Source: Microthyrium microscopicum
Taxonomy: Eukaryota
Assembly (NCBI GenBank): GCA_010405405.1
Contig: MU004246.1
Location: 62,001 to 126,000, forward strand
Reading direction: 5' to 3'
Length of the DNA stretch: 64,000 bases
The notes under the pieces were generated by a model. That model was not told the origin of the DNA and made no database searches. It saw only the letters and a program-made list of their open reading frames with translations. This document shows positions 1 through 8,421 of the stretch, one piece after another. Every line of letters begins with the position of its first letter. Positions within the stretch are counted from its first letter, which is position 1. Both the position numbers and the translations under genes were made by a program.

Positions 1-946
1 AGACTTCTAACGATTTGTTAAGCCATTCGTAGCTTTCTCTCGATAAATAGAACTCGGTAGTACATAAGCTGTGAGTAATACCCTCGAAGCTGTCGACTAG
101 GCAGTGTGTAAAATCGTAAGTGGGGTATATTTTCCACTGATCTTTAGTGCGATGATGCTCTTTCTTAAGTACTCGATATGCTGCAAGATCCCACATCTGA
201 GGGTTGCCGTTCTCTATATCCTGCTTCATACGAAGGAAAGCAGTCTGTGGTTCGTATTTCCCGTCCTTCATGTCCCGGAACTTCTTCAAATTTGTTTCTA
301 CGTCCTGCTTCGCATGATCACAGCGGTATCTGGGGCCGCCAACACCTCCACCACGCTGCAACTTGACTTCGGTATCGCTACAGTGACAGACATAAGCTTT
401 GTCTAACTCAATGAGTTTTTCCGCGAGGTCATAGAGCTTTTGGAAGTTGTCGCTGGAATATGTGACAGCAGCTGGCTTGAACCCCAACCACTTGATAATC
501 TCTTCTATAGCCACGAAGTATGCTTCCTCCTCAGCTTCTGGGTTTGTGTCATCGAATCGTAGGAAGGTCTTTCCGCCATGATATCGTGCAAAGCCAAAGT
601 TGACTGCTATGGCTTTTGCGTGACCTAGATGAAGGTAACCATTGGGCTCAGGAGGAAAACGCGTTACGACTGGCTTGACTGGTCGTTCATTATAGACTGT
701 GTTGAGAAATCCCTGCTTGAACATGGCGTCCGGATCCAGCTCCGTCTCTTCGGGTTTCGGTGCTGCTTTCTTGGGCGCGCTGCCTTCGGCTTTTGGTTTC
801 TGGGCTCCAGATTCTTTGTCCTGAGCTTTCTGGGCCTTTTTCGCCCTCTTCTGCTGGCGTTTTCGGAGCTCGTTCTTGGACACCATCTCGCCTGTCTCCT
901 CATCCAGCTGGAGCTTCGCCGCGCCCTCGACAATCGCGTCAGCCAT
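1..946 (-). CDS. GLN4: Glutaminyl-tRNA synthetase, N-terminal part (runs off window start)
   Basis: Manual minus-strand translation from ATG 946 gives MADAIVEGAAKLQLDEETGEMVSKNELRKR...VVTRFPPEPNGYLHLGHAKAI (HIGH motif)...RFDDTNP...WKIYPTYDFTHCLVDSFEGITHSLCTTEF, typical GlnRS. Absent from the ORF track because the stop is outside the window. Confidence 0.95.
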   Translation of the reverse strand, partial: MADAIVEGAAKLQLDEETGEMVSKNELRKRQQKRAKKAQKAQDKESGAQKPKAEGSAPKKAAPKPEETELDPDAMFKQGFLNTVYNERPVKPVVTRFPPEPNGYLHLGHAKAIAVNFGFARYHGGKTFLRFDDTNPEAEEEAYFVAIEEIIKWLGFKPAAVTYSSDNFQKLYDLAEKLIELDKAYVCHCSDTEVKLQRGGGVGGPRYRCDHAKQDVETNLKKFRDMKDGKYEPQTAFLRMKQDIENGNPQMWDLAAYRVLKKEHHRTKDQWKIYPTYDFTHCLVDSFEGITHSLCTTEFYLSRESYEWLNKSLEV

Positions 947-1442
947 ATTAGCGATTTTGGTGGATGTAAGTCTTGGTTCCGTGGTCTTCGACGTTCGGTA
1001 GGATCAACTGAAGGCTAGGAAGATTCGGTGATTTCAGCGTAGCAAGGTTCGGGTGATTGCATGAAAGAGTTATGTTCTGATGCACAATGGACTCCAGTCA
1101 CTGTCAAGGTAAATACTCCATAGTGGGGTGAGTCATTGGACATTGGAGGGGCTATTTAGAGCAGGCCTACAAGGGTCCGATTTAGCGTCATTTTCCCGCT
1201 GAGCCTCAGTTCCCTTCAACTTCCAACTCCCCTAACTACTCTTATCATCGCCCTCACTCTCTTTGACTTGTCTGTGCTACCGGCTTCATTGCAGTCGATG
1301 GCTCTTTCCATGCCTAGCTTGAGTCACTTACTGCTCAAAAATGTGACTGACTAGCTCCAAGACCCTCAAGAAGTCGCGTGCAATTGGCACTTAGCCAACC
1401 ATCGTTTCTGAGACTTGTGAAGGAATCAATGGCACCTATTTA

Positions 1443-1619
1443 TTAGATAGCGCTATGCCCGCAGCTTGGACAGAGTTCGTAGCTTCTCTTGACTTGTCTG
1501 AAGGAAGGGTTACCTTTCGCAGTGTGTGCATCATGAGGATCCCACTGTCGACATTTGAACCAAACTTCTGTACTCCAATGGTCGCAGCAAGGACAGGTCC
1601 AAAGTGTCCAGACGCACAT
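1443..1619 (-). CDS. 58-aa Cys-rich 'MC' microprotein (below ORF-track cutoff)
   Basis: MCVWTLWTCPCCDHWSTEVWFKCRQWDPHDAHTAKGNPSFRQVKRSYELCPSCGHSAI*. Good start context (ACAACTACAATG); MC start and Cys spacing resemble the neighbouring family; C-terminal CxxC. Confidence 0.6.
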   Translation of the reverse strand: MCVWTLWTCPCCDHWSTEVWFKCRQWDPHDAHTAKGNPSFRQVKRSYELCPSCGHSAI

Positions 1620-2005
1620 TGTAGTTGTATTGGTTCTGGTCCGACTTTGCTAAGGTGATGTATTCGAGCGGATTGGAATGAGTCGAAGTCGCTGGTTTGG
1701 AAGTCACTGACTTGTATGTTGAGAATCATGCGCTATAAGTGGTTGGGAATTTCAGTACCTTAGTTACAAGAGTCAACACTCTTTCAAATATAAGACAGTC
1801 TAATGTTGGTACTGAGACAACATACAGATGGGTCTGGTTAGGATAAGTATCAACACTCTCAATTCCCCATTGGTATGAGCCATATTTCGCTACAGCAGCC
1901 CAAGAGAACTTCCTCCCCGCAGCGAGCCAACAGTCAGCCAGTGCGAATCAGCATATACTTTGACATTGATAGCGGTATGTAACTAGTAGCCTACCTTGTC
2001 TCAGG

Positions 2006-2206
2006 TTATTCCTTGGTACCCCGACGCCAGACATGTCCAGGCTCATTACAATTTGCACTATGATGCCATTTTTCCGCCTCGCAGTATTTGTTGTCATAAT
2101 AGTTGGAGCGAAAGCAAGGCTGACCAGCCAGAGAATCCGCACATTGCTCAATCCTTTGTGTCTTGCGACAGCTGCATGGGACTGTCCAAACATAGTGGTC
2201 GCACAT
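2006..2206 (-). CDS. 66-aa Cys/His-rich 'MC' microprotein
   Basis: MCDHYVWTVPCSC...; same MC-x8-CxC spacing as the adjacent array; CCAAAAATG start context. Confidence 0.6.
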   Translation of the reverse strand: MCDHYVWTVPCSCRKTQRIEQCADSLAGQPCFRSNYYDNKYCEAEKWHHSANCNEPGHVWRRGTKE

Positions 2207-2683
2207 TTTTGGTTCGTAGTCTGTAGAGGCGATGATTGATGTTTGATAATGTAGGTTTTAATCGATGGTTGAAGAATCCTTGCAGCTGATGATGTGAGCG
2301 AGAGAGCTTTGAAGACTTTTGCAGTATTGAGGTCGATTGTGAAGGCAATTAAGAATGAGTTATCTCGGGTTTTGTGGCTTGGAACCCAGGACAAATGGCC
2401 ATTGGGCTAAGTGGAGGTGATGTTTTCTGCTCTAGAGGTGATGTTTTTTCGTCTTCACTGATCGAAAAGTAGCCTCCTCAAGCCACTACAAGTACAGTCA
2501 CGCCTGGTATGAACTGACATATATTTCAACCTCATTCCTGTATGCTGGGAAATCTAAACTTTCTATCACGATCTACTCCCACAGGACCACAAATACCCCC
2601 TTTCTATTTGCGGACTACCCGAAGCACATCACCAAACAGAAGTTCAACTAGATTTTACTAGCTATTCGCAACATTTGAACATC

Positions 2684-3157
2684 ATGTGTGTCCATAGATA
2701 CTACCCCTTCTACTGTGGCTGCCTCGTCTTCCAGATAATGTCAAAATGTTCCGTCGGCCTAAACCTCGATAAGATCACTGGAGCACTTGACTGCCCAAAT
2801 AAACGACTTCAAGAAGGAAGCATGTCCCACCAGCGCCAGGCACGAGACACGTTCTGGAAACAGTTGGATAGAGAGGGAGACGCTGACGGATTCATGGTTC
2901 TACTACAATCTTTCCGTTGCCAGCTAGCTGAGCATGAAGACTTGTCAAATTATCAGAACGGGAAGTATAGATGGATGCTTCCTGTCAAGCAAAAGCTTAG
3001 AGTCTGGGCTCATGAGGCTGGTATTGATCGACTGCCTTATGGATATTTTCCTGATGAGGGAAGACTTGCTCATAATGTCCCGTTGGATCCGGAAGATGAG
3101 GATGATTATGATGAGTTCAGCTTCGGACCTCCAGGAGGCGAAGTGTTCAATTACTAA
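2684..3157 (+). CDS. MC-x8-CGC family protein, copy 1 (157 aa, acidic tail)
   Basis: MCVHRYYPFYCGC...CPNKRLQEG...CQLAEH...YGYFPDEGR; aligns by eye to copies 2-6. Confidence 0.8.
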   Translation: MCVHRYYPFYCGCLVFQIMSKCSVGLNLDKITGALDCPNKRLQEGSMSHQRQARDTFWKQLDREGDADGFMVLLQSFRCQLAEHEDLSNYQNGKYRWMLPVKQKLRVWAHEAGIDRLPYGYFPDEGRLAHNVPLDPEDEDDYDEFSFGPPGGEVFNY

Positions 3158-3478
3158 CGCAATGCGATATGTATCAGTTCACAAGCTGGGATCTAGCAGC
3201 TGAAGCAAACGTCAACTGTGTGGATCTGATGAAGAGCAGAGTGTAACTCACTTTATTTACAGGCGTCACGTCGACAGTTTGAGATAGATCGCCAGTTTCG
3301 AAGTTAAACAACAGCATCACTATTTGAGTTCAGACATAAAATTCATGATCTTGCTCCCTTCAAAGCTTGCCTGTTCTATTATCCCTCCCTTACTTTCATT
3401 AGTGCCTAAAACCGTCTACACATACTGCACGACTCAAATCGACACTCAGCTATCAACACAGTCCACCTCATCACCATC

Positions 3479-3874
3479 ATGTGCCGCCTCGAATACTGGC
3501 CCATTATATGCGGCTGCATGTTCTGGCGAGTCGAAAGCAAATGTGAAGAGGCAAGAGACTCCAACTGGGGCGCTCTCAAGTGTCCTTACCGACAGATCAT
3601 AGAGGGTCATTTTGGGGATGATTCCTGGTTCTTTGCAAATGACAATGACACCTTAATTCAACATGTTGTCCTCGTAAAGCCTCTGCGCTGTCAAGATCCT
3701 GTGCACGAGAAGGAACTTCGCGCGTCTGATGAAATGCATCCTGGTCATGCAAAGTTCAGAGATGCATTGCGGGATATTATGCACAAGGAGACTGCTCTTT
3801 GGAGTATTAGTTATGGATATAATCAGGACACTGGGAGGGTGGAAAGTGTGGCAGGATGTGATATAAGGCGGTGA
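3479..3874 (+). CDS. MC-x8-CGC family protein, copy 2 (131 aa)
   Basis: MCRLEYWPIICGC...CPYRQIIEG...CQDPVH...YGYNQDTGRVE. Confidence 0.8.
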   Translation: MCRLEYWPIICGCMFWRVESKCEEARDSNWGALKCPYRQIIEGHFGDDSWFFANDNDTLIQHVVLVKPLRCQDPVHEKELRASDEMHPGHAKFRDALRDIMHKETALWSISYGYNQDTGRVESVAGCDIRR

Positions 3875-4436
3875 AGTCAAACGTGTAACTGTTTACCTGA
3901 AATTTGATGGAATGTGGAGCTACTACAAAAGCGCTGCGAATGAGATATACCCAATGAGTTGGAGTTACTCTCATGAGATAACAATACAACACCTTTTTCA
4001 GTGCTGTTGTATCTAAGGTTGTTGTGCATTATACTTTGGCCTATAAAGCGTTGCTAGGCTGTCATTTATTGACCTTATCCGCAAACCTTATTTCCAAAAT
4101 TATATCGTAGAAAAGACTGCCAACCTTCAAAGAACAGATCATATTTGAACATACTCCGGGATACGAGAGTATTAGGAAAGGGGGTTGTGAAACTGCTGCA
4201 AAGAGACAGATGAATGGGACAGGTGGTATAAGTAACTTCTCAACGAATTTTACTTGCGAGCATCACTATTATTGTCATCATTACCTATTGGCTATTATGC
4301 TGAGATCTATAAAAAGCTGATCTGCCACTACTTTTCCTCATGACCTTCCTCATAAAATTTTAAGCAGACATATTACAAATCTAAATAGAAAGTCCCCCGT
4401 TATCTTGGAACGTTATACATTCTAGAGCTAAACAAC

Positions 4437-4880
4437 ATGTGTTGTCACGAATACTTGCCATTTGTATGTGGCTGCCTTATTTTGATCCGCGCGGGAAAGA
4501 CCTGTCCAGCAGGTCAGGCGTTAACGGGAGAATGTTTGATCCTCGCTTGTCTAAATTGTCCCAACAGGCAAATTCAGGAAGGAGATTGGGTCCAAGGTTC
4601 TAAAATCTGGGGTTACATCATGAGAGCGGAAAATCGATACCAAACCGTTGGCAGTGATTTTGGGTTTATCTTCCTAAGGTCGAAACAATGTCAGAATCAA
4701 ACGCATGGGCAATGGGCAGCACAGTATGCGCAGAGACCGATCATACGAGCTCAATGGCCCCAGGTCCGAGAATTGGTTATCGACATTGTCAAAAACCAAA
4801 CAGAAATTGGCCAAGGAACTCGTGGATATAATCCACAAAATGGAAGAATGGAGGATTTGAATATTCCTCGAGATTACTAG
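4437..4880 (+). CDS. MC-x8-CGC family protein, copy 3 (147 aa)
   Basis: MCCHEYLPFVCGC...CPNRQIQEG...CQNQTH...GTRGYNPQNGRMEDLNIPRDY; TATAAAAA at 4308. Confidence 0.85.
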   Translation: MCCHEYLPFVCGCLILIRAGKTCPAGQALTGECLILACLNCPNRQIQEGDWVQGSKIWGYIMRAENRYQTVGSDFGFIFLRSKQCQNQTHGQWAAQYAQRPIIRAQWPQVRELVIDIVKNQTEIGQGTRGYNPQNGRMEDLNIPRDY

Positions 4881-5790
4881 GTTGGGACCGAAGAGACTGC
4901 TATTGATCACTGGATTTGCTGAATTCGGTAGCTTTGTAATACATATACTTTTGCAAATCACTCTTCTTGTCGCTATCATCATCTTTACTCTTAGGAGGAA
5001 GCATATAAAAGCGGTGCTTTGCTGCTGCCTTCTATTACGATCGTCTTCACTCCTTTCTATAATCAGCATACTACAGCCCATATCGCCATATCTGACACAG
5101 GTGAAATAGAGAATATTAGGGGGATTGCATTGCCATCAGCTTTTGTAGCTTGGCCTGGAAAGCAACAAAGGAAACGAAATACTGAATATTGAGTTTGAAA
5201 GCACACTGTATCCGTCTCCAATATAGTAATGTGTTAGCAGTCATATTAGTTTACTCTTGGCTGTGTATTTTATCATACGAGAAGTCTTGAGCTTTCATTT
5301 CTCATTCCGTGAGTCTTTAGAGCCTTTTACGTTTCATTAACTGCCAAATCGTTTAAAACAAATCACAACTCTAGCTCAATTGTTGCGCAAGGCACTTATG
5401 GGCACAGCACAGTAATGAAACGAGCGAAAACTATAGGATTTCTACATGTTAGGAACTGAAGGTAACTAGTGCGAAGACACTGCAGCATGAGAGAAAATTT
5501 GTGTAATGAGGAATTGTTTACAAGTCCAGTCACTACTATTTGGTATATCCAGAAGAGTAATCTCTGCTTATAACCATCCACAGAGTTAAGCCTGTCATGA
5601 AGAGAAGTATAAAAAGGTCTGCTTTGTCGCTTTGCCACCGCGCTCCATTGACCATTCAGTCCGAACTTATTCTTCAACGAATATACTATAAAAAGGCGCA
5701 AGTCCCAGATTACTACATACAAATCCTTCCGATACACAAGTCAACAACCTTTAGTCTCAGAAAGAGACGACTTCAATCTCGACAGCAACA

Positions 5791-6240
5791 ATGTGTATAA
5801 TAGAATGCGCCCCTTTCGTGTGTGGATGTATGCTAGTAACCATTGTTAGGCGTTGTCAAACGGCCTTAGGAATCGACGGGGAATGTTCCATTGAGACCTG
5901 TCTTGAATGCCCAAACAGACAATTTCAAGAAGGGAGCTGGGCCCCTAGATCTAGAGTTTGGAGGGCTTTGGTGACAACGCAGCGAAAACTTTTCACAACA
6001 ATAGGTCACTCCCCTGTGTTTGTTATCTTGACGGCAAAGCACTGCCAGAACCCGCAGCACGCACAATGGGCTAGAGAATATGCAGCAAGACCAGGCTTTG
6101 GGACTAAGCCAAACTATTGGGCGCAGATTCGCGATATGGTGCTTCAAATTGTTCGAACAACGGAGATTGGACGTGGGACCAGAGGATATAATCCACAGAC
6201 AAGACAGGTAGAGGATTGGGGAATTCCTAGAGAGTACTAA
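5791..6240 (+). CDS. MC-x8-CGC family protein, copy 4 (149 aa)
   Basis: MCIIECAPFVCGC...CPNRQFQEG...CQNPQH...GTRGYNPQTRQVEDWGIPREY; TATAAAAA at 5608. Confidence 0.85.
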   Translation: MCIIECAPFVCGCMLVTIVRRCQTALGIDGECSIETCLECPNRQFQEGSWAPRSRVWRALVTTQRKLFTTIGHSPVFVILTAKHCQNPQHAQWAREYAARPGFGTKPNYWAQIRDMVLQIVRTTEIGRGTRGYNPQTRQVEDWGIPREY

Positions 6241-6600
6241 GAGGTAACTGGTAGTACAGTATGTGTATATAGCTGGTGCAGAGAAATACGGCAGAGACAA
6301 GATATCTACAGAGAATAACTTTTGAATCTGACAATGACTATACTCAGACTCAGACTCTGGGACTCTGCTCAGACTTTACTTAGTAAGATGATCTTTTAGT
6401 AACCTTACTACCTACTTACCTAGGTACTTTAGTCAAACTTGTACTATCAGCAAGCATATAAAGCAACACTGCCTTCTGTTGCAACTGTCTTCTTCCTTAC
6501 ACTCAAACAACAGCAAAACCAACCACAAATTAAAAACAACTCATAGGTACAATTTCATCACAAAAAATCCCCAAACACATTAAGCCCAGAAATAAGCAAC

Positions 6601-7047
6601 ATGTGTATCCTTCATTACCACCCGATGGTATGTGGATGCCTCCTGATAACACTTCGCGACCGATGTCAAGCATCTCTGGCGCTGTCAGGCCCATGCACAA
6701 TCGAAACGTATCTTGATTGTCCAAACAGGCAATTCCAAGAGGGCGGATGGAGATCTGATCGAGATCTGCACCAGACTTTTCGCCGCATGCAAATGATGGG
6801 CGATACGATCGGTTCCAGCCCATACTTTGTATACTTGCACTGCAAGAACTGCCAATTTCCACAACATGCGGAATGGGCGAGAGAATATGCAATGAGAAAG
6901 AGAAAAGAAGATGGATCAAGTTATTGGGACCAAGTTAAAGAAAGGATTGTTGAGATTGTTCGGACGACGGATGCTAGAAGTGGAACTAGAGGATGGAATG
7001 GGCAGACTGGACGGTTGGACGATTGGGGAATTGCTAGAGAGTACTAG
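6601..7047 (+). CDS. MC-x8-CGC family protein, copy 5 (148 aa)
   Basis: MCILHYHPMVCGC...CPNRQFQEG...CQFPQH...GTRGWNGQTGRLDDWGIAREY; TATAAA at 6457. Confidence 0.85.
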   Translation: MCILHYHPMVCGCLLITLRDRCQASLALSGPCTIETYLDCPNRQFQEGGWRSDRDLHQTFRRMQMMGDTIGSSPYFVYLHCKNCQFPQHAEWAREYAMRKRKEDGSSYWDQVKERIVEIVRTTDARSGTRGWNGQTGRLDDWGIAREY

Positions 7048-7347
7048 GCAATATTATGTAACTGCCGTACGGAGACTGCAGGATAGGATAGTCTCTATCT
7101 TCTCTATCACGTCTGCTAATACTTAATCACTTCACTTATTAGGACTATAACGTTTCCTTTTCACTATTGGTACTGGTAAAACGTACATGATGAATCGTAT
7201 AAAAAGGCTGCTCTGGCGCTGGCTCCTATTACAGCCGTCATATTCCTTACATACAACTACCATACAGCAAAGTAAATCGCAAAACCCACAATATCCCGGA
7301 CGTATTCTTTCGATACAATCATCCAAACAACAATCTCCAAAAGCATT

Positions 7348-7806
7348 ATGTGCAAGCTTTGGTACCACGCCTTCGTATGCGGATGCGCTTTTGTAATATT
7401 GCAGGAGGATCGCTGCCCAAAGGCAAAAGCCATATCGGGGCCATGCACAATTGAGTCATATCTAGAATGCCCAGATGTGCAATTTGTCGAAGGCAGCTGG
7501 TATCCTCGTGATATATACGACAACCCCATATGGCATGCCATTTATGAGGCGAATTACATAGATCGCCAGACCATTGGCTTTAGCCCTTACTTTATTGTCT
7601 TAAAGTCAAAGAGTTGCCAATTCCCAGATCATCTACGAATGGCTAGAGAATACTCGATGAAACTAGGTTCTAAGACTGGCTACTGGGAGCAGCTTCGACA
7701 GATGTCGATCCAGATTGTTCAGAGATCTGGCCTTGGAAATGGAACACGTGGATATAATCCGCAAACTGGTGAAGTGGAGGATCACGGAATCAGTAGGGAG
7801 TATTGA
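7348..7806 (+). CDS. MC-x8-CGC family protein, copy 6 (152 aa)
   Basis: MCKLWYHAFVCGC...CPDVQFVEG...CQFPDH...GTRGYNPQTGEVEDHGISREY; TATAAAAA at 7198. Confidence 0.85.
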   Translation: MCKLWYHAFVCGCAFVILQEDRCPKAKAISGPCTIESYLECPDVQFVEGSWYPRDIYDNPIWHAIYEANYIDRQTIGFSPYFIVLKSKSCQFPDHLRMAREYSMKLGSKTGYWEQLRQMSIQIVQRSGLGNGTRGYNPQTGEVEDHGISREY

Positions 7807-8143
7807 GAGGTAAAATATGTGTGTGGATGGTCACTGCGGAGCGTTTACCGCAAAGATGAGGTTATCGTCCCTTGATCACTACTAAAGCTCGTAGTAATTC
7901 TACTTAAGAATCAGATTGCGTGTTATCATAACTTCAATAGGTCAAAACCTAGAATCGTCATAATGAAGCGTATGAAAGAGTTGCTCTGACGTTCGTTTCA
8001 TTACGAAGCTCGTTATCCCTAACATATATCATAGATATTTTACTTAGCATCAGGCACCTGTTCACGATAAAACCATAAGTCCTTAAATTCTACTATAATT
8101 ACTACTATTAAAAAGAACTACCAAAACCTCCCAACCAAAAAGC

Positions 8144-8421
8144 AAAAACTCATGATACAGCCCCTACCCTCGCTGGGTAGAAGGTGTATCATGAGGAAAA
8201 GCCCGGTGGCTTTTATCTCGATCGTTCGGGGGATTGGGGGGGCGAATTAGGGACTGTAGTCCCCAAGTACTCCCCCCAGAATTGAACCGTCGCCTTGTAA
8301 GAGGCTGGAATTATCAATATGGTATTGTATCAGAGCCCATTTAGGGCTAGCTCCGTATCATCCAACAAGCACACAAATTTGATCCAAACGAGGGCCTCAC
8401 TCGCACGCTATTCTGTGTCTT
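8144..8421 (-). ncRNA. Putative Pol III-transcribed structured ncRNA, copy A (unknown class; ends inferred)
   Basis: TATATA ~25 nt upstream (8445-8452); 66-nt block (8361-8426) identical to 59598-59663; B box GGTTCAATTC (8279-8288); AAAAGCC/GGCTTTT hairpin; 21-bp 3' hairpin followed by TTTTT-GC-TTTTT. Confidence 0.65.

Noticed and set aside
629..1018. Plus-strand ORFs over GLN4 and the many other antisense or alternative-frame ORFs in the track
   Set aside because: They are shadows of well-supported genes on the other strand or frame.
8270..8421. tRNA or tRNA-derived SINE interpretation of the duplicated element
   Set aside because: The B box is not in a pairable T-arm and lies ~135-145 nt from the start. 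There is no cloverleaf, TSD or tail, and the upstream TATA flank is co-duplicated, which retroposition would not do.
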